The notes beneath the pieces were generated by a model. The model was given only the letters and a program-made list of their open reading frames with translations. It searched no databases and was not told where the DNA came from. 32,000 nt of DNA, taken from contig NZ_LT671858.1 of assembly GCF_900083515.1 (NCBI RefSeq), positions 1,470,001-1,502,000 of the forward strand. The letters are read 5' to 3'. How positions within the stretch are numbered: position 1 is the stretch's first letter; each line of letters starts with the position of its first letter. The stretch comes from Cuniculiplasma divulgatum. GTDB lineage: Archaea > Thermoplasmatota > Thermoplasmata > Thermoplasmatales > Thermoplasmataceae. Shown piece after piece: positions 9,023 to 18,621 of this stretch. The translations under genes were made by a program, and so were the position numbers.

Positions 9023-10853
9023 TTACTTCCACCCCCTTTAAATCCCAGTCTGCTGGCAGCTCCTCAGCTCCTTGTACCAGAACTGGATTTATTCCTGTAA
9101 CAAAATATTCCGCACCAGTATAGTTTCCCTTTACCTGATCTAGACCTTCTTCGTAACTGTATGTTTCTGCTGATTCAAGGTTTTCAATTTTTATGTCAAC
9201 TTCCCTGAAGGGAAAAACGATCTTCAGATTGAATGAAACTGTATCATCTGTATAATTTATGACAGATGTAATTGATTTCTTTTTATCTCCGTTCTCAACT
9301 TCTTCCCTTACAAAAACAACGTTTGCAATTTTACTCATTGTCCTCCTGTAATCGGGCACTTCGAGCTTTAGAATTTCTGAACTCTTTTTTGCAATCTCAG
9401 GAATTATCTTGCTCACGAGTCTGAATTTCTCCCCCATCTTCTTGTTTCTCTCTATCCTGTTGTTGAATCTTCTCAGCTGCCTCATTTCTGCTTTCAGGAC
9501 ATTCTTAATTTCCTCAACTATTTCGCTAACAGGTGCTATTGCTTCCTTTGACTCTGACACATATGGAATCTTTGGCCCATATACATGGACAAGAATTATA
9601 GCGGGGCCGTAAGGAACCCCCTTTCCCTGTTTCTGCTCCATTCCATACTGCCTCCAGTCCGTTTCTGATATTGCCTCTGTGATAGCACAGGAACCAGCCT
9701 GAAATAGAAGAGGGACCTTATTTGCATATCTTATTATTCGTGCTGGCTGGTCTGAAGGGAGTTCTCCACCATATACCATTCCTATTTCAACTGAAAACGG
9801 GTTACCCTTATGAATTCTGACTGAACCTGAAATGGGTCTGCCATAAAAACCTGGCCGCTCATCACCATATACGGAAAGCATACCTACCCTGATGAACTGC
9901 TCCGAAATTGGTGATAGGGATTCAGCTGAGGGAGGCATAAGCTTCACCTCAGATATGGTCGATATTATCCTTTCTGCCTCAGCCCTCTCAAGCGCTGCTG
10001 GCCTCATTTCTGGATCAACTCCAGATTTTTCCAGTATTTCAGATGCCGTGTTTAAACTTATTCTTGAAAAGTTTTCTACGAATAACTCCTTCATGTTTCT
10101 GTTAGAGCTTTCGGAAGCAAGGGATAAAAGCTCTCCCACCTCAAGTCCATAGGGATGGGGTTTGACCGGTTTTGACTGCCTTGAAGGTTCTTCGATGGAT
10201 CTTTCAAAAGTAATTGCTGTCCCATCGGGATCTGTGAATCTAATTCTTGCATTTGGATTTACCACTGCCACTTCCTTCAGATATTCATGTATGGATTGCC
10301 TTCCGGTTATGTATTTCCCCTTTGCCCTTATCCTTACCTCTGTTCCATGTTCTGCCTTCCATATAACCGGCTCTTCTGTCTTTATATTTGCCACATTATT
10401 TTTGATATCTATACCCATTTCGAAGTGGTATGCAACATCGTCAGCTGGCCTCTTTGTAGTGATATGAGAGAATTCACCTGTTGTTATCTGACCATAGAGG
10501 ATTGCTGCCGTTATTCCAAGTCCTTGCTGTCCCCTTGTCTGCCTCATCACATGAAATCTTGAACCATAGAGTAGTTGTCCGAAGGCCTTTGGGACCTGCG
10601 TTCTCTCTATTCCAGGTCCATTATCCAGAACCACCATCTCATAAATGTCCCCTGATATCCTTGAAATCTTCACGTCTAAATCTGGAAGTATTCCATGTTC
10701 CTCACATGCATCAAGTGAATTATCCACCGCCTCTTTTACCATAATAAATAAAGCTCTTTGCAATGAATCAAAACCAAGTATGTGCCTATTTTTCTCAAAA
10801 AATTCCGATATAGAAACCTGCTTGAATTCCTGTGGCTTTTTCTTTTCCTGCAT
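9009..10853 (-). CDS. top6B: DNA topoisomerase VI subunit B (GHKL ATPase)
   Basis: Bergerat-fold motifs are present: VKEAVDNSLDA, DNGPGI and GQQGLGITAA. It lies immediately upstream of top6A. At 614 aa it includes a C-terminal extension beyond the transducer domain. Confidence 0.95.
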   Translation of the reverse strand: MQEKKKPQEFKQVSISEFFEKNRHILGFDSLQRALFIMVKEAVDNSLDACEEHGILPDLDVKISRISGDIYEMVVLDNGPGIERTQVPKAFGQLLYGSRFHVMRQTRGQQGLGITAAILYGQITTGEFSHITTKRPADDVAYHFEMGIDIKNNVANIKTEEPVIWKAEHGTEVRIRAKGKYITGRQSIHEYLKEVAVVNPNARIRFTDPDGTAITFERSIEEPSRQSKPVKPHPYGLEVGELLSLASESSNRNMKELFVENFSRISLNTASEILEKSGVDPEMRPAALERAEAERIISTISEVKLMPPSAESLSPISEQFIRVGMLSVYGDERPGFYGRPISGSVRIHKGNPFSVEIGMVYGGELPSDQPARIIRYANKVPLLFQAGSCAITEAISETDWRQYGMEQKQGKGVPYGPAIILVHVYGPKIPYVSESKEAIAPVSEIVEEIKNVLKAEMRQLRRFNNRIERNKKMGEKFRLVSKIIPEIAKKSSEILKLEVPDYRRTMSKIANVVFVREEVENGDKKKSITSVINYTDDTVSFNLKIVFPFREVDIKIENLESAETYSYEEGLDQVKGNYTGAEYFVTGINPVLVQGAEELPADWDLKGVEVNEQE

Positions 10854-10981
10854 CCTTAAGCCATATGAAACTGATTATATTTACCTTATTCTAAATGAAC
10901 AAGTTACAAAAACATTACCCTGGGTTGGTATATAATGAAAAATAATATTAAATCAGAACTTTTCTATGATTTATTCCGGAA

Positions 10982-11746
10982 TTACTGGAAATAACCCAGA
11001 TCATCCTTCTTTTCCTTGTCGATCATATCTGACTGCATTTTTTCAGTTAATTCTGAAAGATTTTTACACCTTTCCTCAAGATCCATGAGAGAAACCCTGA
11101 AGCCCACAAGTTTTGTGAGTGTTTTCAATATTTCAAGTGCTGCCTTAGGGTCAGGGAAATACCCAGATGTTTCACCCATAAGACATGCAGCCTGTATTCT
11201 AAAGAACTTATAAGCAAGTCCTACTATCAGACCGTTTGATCCGACTATTCCTCCACCCGGTTCACCTTCAGGGAACTTCACACCATTCTTTATGAGGTTT
11301 TGTTTTAGACTTGAATCGGTAAAGGCACCAAGAATTCTTGGAGTCTCAACAAGTTTGCCTACACCATATCCACCAAGTGTGTATATGATATTCACGTTCA
11401 TTTCCCTTGCAATTTCCAGTAACCTCCACGAAAGTTCATACTGACCCTCTGGTGTGTTTCCCTGAAAATCTCCTGTGAACACGAATAGTGATTTAGACTT
11501 TGAAATTTGCTTGTAAAACAGAGTATTTCTATTTAAATGAGCCTTGCCTTCTCTGTCCACAAATACCTGAGCCGGGAAATGAGAGGAATAAATTTCGAGA
11601 ACCTTCTCCATCTTCAACTTGTCGATCATGTAATCTACTGTAATTCTTCCAACATTACCTATGCCAGGAAGCCCACATACCAGTGTACTTGTTCCTTCTG
11701 GTATTACGTCTATCATTTTCTTAATCTTAATTGTCTCCATCTTCAT
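10982..11746 (-). CDS. PAC2-family protein (proteasome assembly chaperone-like)
   Basis: It has the LVCGLPGIGNVGRITVDY N-terminal motif and the length typical of archaeal PAC2/PbaB-like proteins. It sits in the conserved position downstream of nop10. Confidence 0.75.
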   Translation of the reverse strand: MKMETIKIKKMIDVIPEGTSTLVCGLPGIGNVGRITVDYMIDKLKMEKVLEIYSSHFPAQVFVDREGKAHLNRNTLFYKQISKSKSLFVFTGDFQGNTPEGQYELSWRLLEIAREMNVNIIYTLGGYGVGKLVETPRILGAFTDSSLKQNLIKNGVKFPEGEPGGGIVGSNGLIVGLAYKFFRIQAACLMGETSGYFPDPKAALEILKTLTKLVGFRVSLMDLEERCKNLSELTEKMQSDMIDKEKKDDLGYFQ

Positions 11747-11900
11747 TCTCCTCCATTTCTTCCAGCCTGTACTTCTGGAATTTATCAGTTGTAGAATATT
11801 TCATTGGTCCGGCCAATTTTGTTGCCCCGGAACATTTTGGACAATTCAATTCCATTGTGTACATTCCACACACACTACACTTTCTTATTGTTCCCTTCAT
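11727..11900 (-). CDS. nop10: H/ACA RNP protein Nop10 (57 aa; absent from the ORF track because it is under 60 aa)
   Basis: Hand translation gives MKGTIRKCSVCGMYTMELNCPKCSGATKLAGPMKYSTTDKFQKYRLEEMEENEDGDN, with the CxxC...CxxC zinc ribbon and the P.(K/R)(Y/F)S..DK(F/Y)..YR Nop10 signature. Its ATG overlaps the aIF-2alpha TGA (ATGA). Its 3' end overlaps the PAC2 start by 20 nt. Confidence 0.88.
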   Translation of the reverse strand: MKGTIRKCSVCGMYTMELNCPKCSGATKLAGPMKYSTTDKFQKYRLEEMEENEDGDN

Positions 11901-12676
11901 TTGTCCTTACTATCCCTGATAAACTCAAAGGATACCCCACTCTTTTTGCAGTTGTCTGAAATATTCTGAATAATAGTTTTAAGTTTATCCTCAGCGCTCT
12001 TATATTCCCTGTCTCTAACTTTCAATAAATATCTTGGTGCTCCTGCATACCTTATGGTAGCATCTGCAATCTCACCTATATCTAGGCAGTTCTTAATCTT
12101 CTCAATACCCTTGGATTCAAGCGAATACATCTCTATTGTGCCACCAATTTTAACGAATGGGGACTGTACATTCTGTGTTGCTATCTTCAGAAAAGCATTT
12201 CTCCACTTTGCTTTTGTTCCTTTGTAAAAATCTTCTTCTTCTGTAGCAGCCTCTTCAAACGCTGAATACAGACTTCCATACTTTTCGACTAATTCGTTTC
12301 CAAATTCAGTCATACATTCTTCAGGAGATTTCTTCAGAGATGCTGAGACCAATTCCATTAACTTCTCGGCCTTCTGATCATTCTTCCATTCTGAAATTTT
12401 TTCTCTCTTCTGATGTTCATTTACCCTCTTAAGTGATAGATCAACACTTTTTCTTCTCGAATCAATTTGAAGTACCTTACATACTGTTTTCTGTCCTTCC
12501 CTGAGATGATCCCTTATATACCTGACCCAACCATTGGCTACCTCTGCGATATGGATAAACCCGTTAAGGTCTTTGTATTCATCAAGCTTCACCTCAGCCC
12601 CAAATTTTTCAACCTTTGTTACGGTTACTACCACAAGGTCTCCAATTTCAGGGATATCATTCATTTTTTCCATCAT
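11897..12676 (-). CDS. eif2a: Translation initiation factor aIF-2 alpha subunit
   Basis: It has an N-terminal S1 domain (PEIGDLVVVTVTKVEKFGAEVKLDEY...GFIHIAEVANGWVRYIRDHLREGQ). Its length and position within the L44e-S27e-aIF2alpha-Nop10 cluster also fit. Confidence 0.92.
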   Translation of the reverse strand: MMEKMNDIPEIGDLVVVTVTKVEKFGAEVKLDEYKDLNGFIHIAEVANGWVRYIRDHLREGQKTVCKVLQIDSRRKSVDLSLKRVNEHQKREKISEWKNDQKAEKLMELVSASLKKSPEECMTEFGNELVEKYGSLYSAFEEAATEEEDFYKGTKAKWRNAFLKIATQNVQSPFVKIGGTIEMYSLESKGIEKIKNCLDIGEIADATIRYAGAPRYLLKVRDREYKSAEDKLKTIIQNISDNCKKSGVSFEFIRDSKDK

Positions 12677-12678
12677 TA

Positions 12679-12876
12679 TCAGAATTCTTCTGTGATCTCA
12701 CAGTTAGTCATAATGGTACCGCCCGTGGGTTTTGCAAGTTCAGATCCGCAGATATTGCAGTTTACTACACTTGAACCTTTGGTGTATGTAATCTGCTCAC
12801 TACCGCACTCTGGGCACTTGATTTTTATGAACCTATTTCCCTTTCCCTTCAGTTTTTTCATTTCCTTATCAGTCAT
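12679..12876 (-). CDS. rps27e: 30S ribosomal protein S27e (eS27)
   Basis: This 65-aa protein has a C4 zinc ribbon, KCPECGSEQ...NCNICGSELAKPTGG. Confidence 0.9.
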   Translation of the reverse strand: MTDKEMKKLKGKGNRFIKIKCPECGSEQITYTKGSSVVNCNICGSELAKPTGGTIMTNCEITEEF

Positions 12877-13169
12877 TATCTTACCTCCACAATTTCAAGT
12901 TTCTTGGCTCTCTGTGATGGGGGAGTGCTTGCTTTCTTGCATTTTGTGCATCTGTATCTTAAATTAACTCTTTTAGTTGGTTTTTCTCTGCCCTCAGGCT
13001 TTGGCCTCGGGAAACCTCCAAAACCAGATGTTGCTCTCCTGAATCTCCTTTGACCCAGATTAAGTTCACTAGCCTTCTTTTTTCTTACTCTTTCCACTTC
13101 ATGTTTGGTATGTTCCTTGCAGAATTTGCAGTACATTTTAACTGTTTTTGGTATTTTCAAATTGATCAC
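12876..13169 (-). CDS. rpl44e: 50S ribosomal protein L44e (eL42)
   Basis: It has YCKFCKEHTKHEV...KPTKRVNLRYRCTKCKKA, the zinc-binding Cys pairs typical of L44e. The listed start is GTG 13169; a TTG 9 nt downstream is an alternative. Confidence 0.9.
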   Translation of the reverse strand: MINLKIPKTVKMYCKFCKEHTKHEVERVRKKKASELNLGQRRFRRATSGFGGFPRPKPEGREKPTKRVNLRYRCTKCKKASTPPSQRAKKLEIVEVR

Positions 13170-13430
13170 CTAAACTACCCGACACCATTCAGATATCAGA
13201 ATATGAGTCAGGATAGCTCTATGACATATAAGTATTTATTTACAAATTTAACTTTTGATGTAACAGGAATATTTATTAAACGATTCCAATGCAATTAACA
13301 AGAATAATCTGAGCGCAATTTATCATAGAGTAGATTGCAAGAAAAATCTGCATTCTGAGTGATTGATTTAAAAATAGCTGATGGATTATAAGTGCGATTA
13401 CGTAACTCGCAAATGCCAAAGAAATTTTCT

Positions 13431-14396
13431 TCAGGTTAGGTAAGGAATTGCCCTTCCAAAACCCATTAATATAGCAATTATTGTTCCTACAACTATAATT
13501 ACAAGAAATGCTGAAAAAATATAATCTTCTCTCCTGAATGGCATTGAAATCAGATAGGATCTTGTGGGATAAGCCCTGAAAGCCCTTGTATCAGCCGAAA
13601 TCCCAATATCTTTTGCCCCCCTTAAAAGGTGTACTATAGTTGGAACGATAGAATATATGGCTGCTGCCAGAGTTATAAATGGCCTTAGTGTCTTACCTCT
13701 GTTACCACCGTATCCTCTCATAAGGGATATCTTTATAGAAGTATCGAAGGAATCAAAAACAGAGGGAATAGTTTTCATAGCAACTACAAGGGAAAATATA
13801 ATCGGACTTGGAATTTTAAGCTTACTTAGTGTTTTTACGATCTGTGCAGGTGTATTCGTCATCACTAGTAGAAGACTTGCTACAATTGCGGCAGTGAACC
13901 TGAATGAAATTTGGAAACTGTAGTACAGGGACTGTAAGGTCAGTGTATGCTCATAACCAAGTATACTAAAATATGATGGCCATGTCCATATGGTAGTAAA
14001 ATGATTTATGGGTGTGTGTAGTGCCATAGAAACTATGTAGAAAGGCTCATAGGGAGCATAGCCCCAGACGGTGCCTATGATTACCGAAAGAACCAAAAAG
14101 CCTGCTAGATACAATTTTCTCCATCCGTTCTTCAGAGTAACATAACTGCCGAGAAACCCAAAAGTTATGATTGCACCGATCCACCATATAGAAAATGTGG
14201 CAACCATTACTATAATTACTGATAGAACTATTTTTACTGCTGCATTAACTCTGTAATAGAATGTGTGGTAGTTTTCATACGAAGTAATCTCTTTGAACCC
14301 TGAAATACCAATGGCACCCAGAATAAGATAGAATGGTATGCTTATTCCAAATATGAACAATAGCCAGCTGATCACCGAATCCAAAATACTATACAT
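13431..14396 (-). CDS. ECF transporter transmembrane (T, EcfT/CbiQ-like) component
   Basis: This polytopic 321-aa membrane protein lies immediately downstream of the fused ABC ATPase. It has coupling-helix-like Arg motifs (ISLMRGYGG, SADTRAFRA). Confidence 0.7.
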   Translation of the reverse strand: MYSILDSVISWLLFIFGISIPFYLILGAIGISGFKEITSYENYHTFYYRVNAAVKIVLSVIIVMVATFSIWWIGAIITFGFLGSYVTLKNGWRKLYLAGFLVLSVIIGTVWGYAPYEPFYIVSMALHTPINHFTTIWTWPSYFSILGYEHTLTLQSLYYSFQISFRFTAAIVASLLLVMTNTPAQIVKTLSKLKIPSPIIFSLVVAMKTIPSVFDSFDTSIKISLMRGYGGNRGKTLRPFITLAAAIYSIVPTIVHLLRGAKDIGISADTRAFRAYPTRSYLISMPFRREDYIFSAFLVIIVVGTIIAILMGFGRAIPYLT

Positions 14397-16001
14397 CTAA
14401 TTTTTCACCTCTTCTTCATATCTCAAAATAAAATCCGACGGGGCAATGACCCCATACTTATGTGAGAGCTTAAATATTTCCTCAGGTACGCCTTCGTGGA
14501 TTATACTTCCGTTGCTCATTATTCCTATATAATCAGAGTATCTATATGCAAATCTTGAATCGTGTGTAACGATGATGAATGAGTATCCCATGTCACATAA
14601 TTTCCTGATCTCTTCCCCCAGAACCTTCTTATTCATGAAATCCTGTCCAGATGTTGGTTCATCCATAAGCATTATATGAGCAGATGATGCAAGGGCTGCA
14701 GACATACAGACCCTTCTCCTCTGCCCGGTACTGAGCATCAATGGATCTGCGTCCCTCTTGTCATCCAGGAAGAACATATGGATTAGTGCATCTCCCATCG
14801 TCTCGAAATCCTTTACTTTCCTGTGTTTTGCCGAATAATATACTTCATCCTGAACAGTCTTGCTTACCAGCATGAGATCAAAACTTTGAGGTAAATATGC
14901 AAGCCCCCTTCCTCTTATTACATAGTCTGATTTCGTTAGATCCATATTTTCCATAACAAGTTCACTGGAAACCTGGAAGTTTTTTCTGTTAAGGAAGTCC
15001 ATTAAACCCTTTACCAGTGTAGTTTTACCGGCTCCATTTTTACCCATTATGCAGTACACCTGTCCTTTCTTCAAGCTGATCGTTGAATTCACTATCTCTT
15101 TCTGTTCTACACCCTTAACAGAAACTTCAACATGGGCTTTCAATATAATTTCTCCATCATTTTTTCTCTTCCTGTGAGATAGTTCCATTCCCGTTTCTCT
15201 TATTTTTTCCCTGACTATATTTGGGTCAACAGAATCTATTCCAAGTTTTTTTGCATAGATATATTCCTCTGGTATCTCTATACCTGCTGTAAGAAGAACG
15301 TCTGCACTCCTCATCAGATGCTCCTTCGACACATTCAATATTATCCTGCCGTTGTCTATAACCACGATTCTATCAACAAATGGCAGAGCCCTTTCGACCT
15401 TGTGTTCCACTATAATTTGTGTCATATTTTTCTTGTTTTCCCTAAGAAACTCGAAGATCTGCTCTGTTCCTTCTGGATCAATGTTTGAAGTTGGCTCATC
15501 AAGGATCAGGATTGATGGTTCCATTGCTATAACTGAAGCCAGTGCCACTCTCTGCAGTTCTCCGCCGGATAACTTTGATGTTTCTCGATCAAGGAACTTC
15601 TCCAGATCTACAACCCTTACGGCTTTATCCACTCTTCTTTGAATTTCTTCTCTGGGGAGTTTAAGATTTTCAGGACCGAATGCGATTTCATCGACAATAC
15701 CATAATTCATAACCTGTCTCTCGGGATCCTGAAAAAGTGTCCCAACTACCTTTGCTATTTCAGGAAGCTTCATATCGCTTACATCTTTTCCATATAGGCA
15801 TACGGTTCCAGAAATTTCACCGTTGATGACATTCGGGATTATACCATTTATGCAATTTACGAGAGTGCTTTTACCTGAACCAGACTTCCCAGTTAGAAGA
15901 ATGCTTTCTCCTTCATTAATGTAAAAATTATCAATTGACAAGGCAGGCTCCTCTTCACCCTGATAATAAAATTTTAGGTTTCTTATTTCTATGGCTTTCA
16001 T
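14397..16001 (-). CDS. ECF/ABC transporter ATP-binding protein, duplicated (A-A' fused) ATPase
   Basis: Two complete ABC cassettes are present. Walker A motifs are GKSGSGKST and GKNGAGKTT. Signature motifs are LSGGELQR and LSTGQRRR. Walker B motifs are ILILDEPT and IMLMDEPT. Confidence 0.92.
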   Translation of the reverse strand: MKAIEIRNLKFYYQGEEEPALSIDNFYINEGESILLTGKSGSGKSTLVNCINGIIPNVINGEISGTVCLYGKDVSDMKLPEIAKVVGTLFQDPERQVMNYGIVDEIAFGPENLKLPREEIQRRVDKAVRVVDLEKFLDRETSKLSGGELQRVALASVIAMEPSILILDEPTSNIDPEGTEQIFEFLRENKKNMTQIIVEHKVERALPFVDRIVVIDNGRIILNVSKEHLMRSADVLLTAGIEIPEEYIYAKKLGIDSVDPNIVREKIRETGMELSHRKRKNDGEIILKAHVEVSVKGVEQKEIVNSTISLKKGQVYCIMGKNGAGKTTLVKGLMDFLNRKNFQVSSELVMENMDLTKSDYVIRGRGLAYLPQSFDLMLVSKTVQDEVYYSAKHRKVKDFETMGDALIHMFFLDDKRDADPLMLSTGQRRRVCMSAALASSAHIMLMDEPTSGQDFMNKKVLGEEIRKLCDMGYSFIIVTHDSRFAYRYSDYIGIMSNGSIIHEGVPEEIFKLSHKYGVIAPSDFILRYEEEVKN

Positions 16002-16738
16002 TGCCCCAGAACCCTTGCCACCCTCAATGCGATTAAGCCAGCTATTCCCCCGAAGATCACATTTCCTGGTATGGATTCAGCAAAGCCGATGAGTATTGCC
16101 TGCCAGTTCACTATTGAACCATATAAAAATGGCCCAAAGAACCCGTTGTAAAAGAATGATCCGGGGAACGCCCATGTAAAGCCTATAATTCCACCGGTTA
16201 TGGCCGCAAATAGTCTCTGTCTCGACATACTCTGAGCTTTTATACCTTCTTTTGCTTTCTTTGAGAAGTTGCCGAAAAGATTTCCTTTTTTTATTGTTAT
16301 AGCAAGATCGATAAAAAGCCCATACGTTAAAGATTCATAGACTACAAACATCGGCTCTCCACTAAAACCATAATGGAAGATGTCTCCAAGTATATCAAAG
16401 ATCGCCATACTCATCATACCAACACCTGGTTTCTTCACCAAACCAGCTATAATGAATATGATGATTATTCGTCCAAAAAATCCAAAACCGATGAATGCCG
16501 TTAGTCCTGGTGGAACTATTTTATCCATTAACGGCCCGATGAAGAACTCCCAAACAACTGTGAACGCTGCGCCTATACCAATATATACAAAATCAACAGT
16601 CTTGAATCCATTCAAACCGTCGGTTTTATGACTGTAATACAAAACAAAACCCAATGCAATTACAAAATATGCAAGTACTATTTCCCAGGGAATCATCCCA
16701 GCAATGTTCAAATTGCCCTGTATTCCATTTAAACTCAT
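15998..16738 (-). CDS. Putative ECF transporter substrate-binding (S) component, substrate unknown
   Basis: This 246-aa hydrophobic protein is first in the operon and overlaps the ATPase start by 4 nt. It has an S-component-like LVKKPGVG motif after the third helix. The S / A-A' / T architecture resembles ykoEDC-type dedicated ECF modules. Confidence 0.55.
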   Translation of the reverse strand: MSLNGIQGNLNIAGMIPWEIVLAYFVIALGFVLYYSHKTDGLNGFKTVDFVYIGIGAAFTVVWEFFIGPLMDKIVPPGLTAFIGFGFFGRIIIIFIIAGLVKKPGVGMMSMAIFDILGDIFHYGFSGEPMFVVYESLTYGLFIDLAITIKKGNLFGNFSKKAKEGIKAQSMSRQRLFAAITGGIIGFTWAFPGSFFYNGFFGPFLYGSIVNWQAILIGFAESIPGNVIFGGIAGLIALRVARVLGQ

Positions 16739-16942
16739 ATTTTTTCAATTTTTCATGTTCTTAATCTAGTTAATCATTTTCTCCATACTATAGATATAAA
16801 TATATACGTTAAAATGAAATTGTTGTTTCTATAATATGGAATATAGAATAAGTAGAAAAATTCTAAACCAGGTTAATTATAACTAAGATAAAGGAAAAAG
16901 GTAGATAGATGGTTTTATTTTGTTTCGATAAGGGGATCTGTC

Positions 16943-17701
16943 ATGAGTGAACTTAAGACGGTATTAGTTGATTTTGATAACACGATTTATGATGATTTAG
17001 GTGCCATGAGAAGGACGTTTGTTTTGCTGAAAAGGGAGTATAGATTTTTCAAATCTGTACCACTCGATGAACTTCTTTCAAGATTTTATTTCACCGATTA
17101 TAAAATGCAGGACCTGTTAAGGACAGGTGGGATGACTCCTGAGGAGGTCAATTTGAAGAGAACGGACATGTTTCTTCAAAATATAGGACTTCCACTTAAG
17201 GATGATATGGTAAAGGAGATACATGACAGAATAAGAGAGGTTCATATAAGAACAGGAAAACCATTTTCTGGAGTGCATGAGGTTTTGGGCGAATTGAAAA
17301 AGAAATATGTAATAGGTGTGGTAACTAACCATATGGGAAACTATCAGAGACAGAAAATAGCTAAATCAAAACTTGATAAGTATATTGATTTTATGATTCC
17401 AGCATATGATTATAATGTTTTCAAGCCTGAGGAAGAGATATTCAAAATTGCCCTGAAAGGTGCAAACTCGTCCCCGGATGAAACTGTAATGTTGGGGGAT
17501 AACTGGAAAGCAGATATTAAGGGTGCCTTAAATGCAGGAATAGTGCCAATATGGGTGAATTTTAAGAATCAGCCTGCTCCCAATCCCGAATTCAAAAATA
17601 TTATAAGGTCCTTTTATCCGGCATCTGAGGTTGTATCTAAAATTGAAGAGTTTTATTCAAAGGGAATTGAAACTATGTCCTTAGAAGAAGGTGTTAATTG
17701 A
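16943..17701 (+). CDS. HAD-superfamily hydrolase (phosphatase-like)
   Basis: It has motif I VLVDFDNTIY (DxDxT), motif II VVTN and motif IV-like LGDNWKADIKGA. Confidence 0.8.
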   Translation: MSELKTVLVDFDNTIYDDLGAMRRTFVLLKREYRFFKSVPLDELLSRFYFTDYKMQDLLRTGGMTPEEVNLKRTDMFLQNIGLPLKDDMVKEIHDRIREVHIRTGKPFSGVHEVLGELKKKYVIGVVTNHMGNYQRQKIAKSKLDKYIDFMIPAYDYNVFKPEEEIFKIALKGANSSPDETVMLGDNWKADIKGALNAGIVPIWVNFKNQPAPNPEFKNIIRSFYPASEVVSKIEEFYSKGIETMSLEEGVN

Positions 17702-17811
17702 AATAAAGATATTGAAATACTATTCTACTTGGTTTTATTTTTACTCTTTTAAAAAAAATTGTCGGTACTATAAGGTCAAGATTGTAAAAATTAAGCATTC
17801 AAAAACCCAGT

Positions 17812-18306
17812 CTATTTCTTCATTCTTCTATACATTGACTCGTATATACCCCCAAGGATTACTAGTAATCCACCAACAGAACTGGTTTCAGATATAACAT
17901 CTCTGGCCTTATAATAGGCTATGTGTAGCAACCCTGCGCTACTAATATTCACTATGTAGAGATGCAGACTTTTATCCCATCCTGTATCATAGAAATGAGA
18001 GTACATTATGGCTGTTATAAATCCAGATATGATAATCACAAGAGGAAAATATTTCGCTAATACATCTACAGACTTTCTTATGTTTAGATATTCAACTATT
18101 CCAATTCCAATCAGGTATAAACTAAATATTGTATTAATAATAAGTACATAGTTATTTACTGCAGATCCTTTCATTGTCATTCCATAGGGAACTACAAAAA
18201 GCAACAAACCCCCCACTAAAATGTAAATGTATGTTACATATTTTTGATCAATCCACTTAAGTTCTTCCTCATTTTTGGTAGAACCTATATTTTGACTCCT
18301 GTCCAT
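17812..18306 (-). CDS. Hypothetical membrane protein (about 5 predicted helices)
   Basis: The 164-aa ORF has regularly spaced hydrophobic segments and a charged N-terminus. I recognise no family. Confidence 0.5.
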   Translation of the reverse strand: MDRSQNIGSTKNEEELKWIDQKYVTYIYILVGGLLLFVVPYGMTMKGSAVNNYVLIINTIFSLYLIGIGIVEYLNIRKSVDVLAKYFPLVIIISGFITAIMYSHFYDTGWDKSLHLYIVNISSAGLLHIAYYKARDVISETSSVGGLLVILGGIYESMYRRMKK

Positions 18307-18621
18307 AAGAAGACAAAACCAATTTATTCTTTAAATTAACTTATATACAATAAATATACAATTTATTACTATTTAGCCTATATTAGTTTGATGAAGTGCT
18401 TAATGATATTGCATGACCTCATTTTTATATTAATGAAATTTCAACAAGTACGAACGTAATGTAAACTTAACCTGACATGTACCAGGGTCAAACCTTGAGA
18501 TCAATTTAATTACATCTATTAGACACGATAAAGAATTCTATACTTTATATTTCTTCGACGGACTATATTGGAAATATATTTTACTTAGGTTACATTAAAA
18601 TTGTTAGTGATATGATCAAAT

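Noticed and set aside
13170-13430. A 260-nt intergenic region with C/D-like elements: TTGATGT at about 13255 and CTGA at about 13309, spaced about 55-60 nt apart.
   Set aside because: The C box deviates from the RUGAUGA consensus at two positions. No D'/C' boxes or terminal pairing were found. The region more likely holds the promoter of the L44e operon and the terminator of the ECF operon.
16739-16942. A possible TPP (THI-box) or other riboswitch upstream of the ECF transporter operon.
   Set aside because: Neither strand contains the conserved CUGAGA / ACCUGA cores. The region is simple AT-rich sequence, consistent with two divergent promoters only.
18385-18480. C/D-box sRNA-like motifs in the long AT-rich spacer: TGATGA at about 18390, ATGATAT at about 18407 and CTGA at about 18473.
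   Set aside because: The box spacing of 70-85 nt is too long for archaeal C/D sRNAs. No internal D'/C' boxes and no terminal stem are present. In AT-rich sequence such hexamers are expected by chance.
18474-18496. A T-arm-like hairpin (CAGG-GTCAAAC-CTTG) that might indicate a tRNA.
   Set aside because: The upstream 60 nt are extremely AT-rich and cannot form acceptor, D or anticodon stems. The loop also deviates from the TTCRA consensus.
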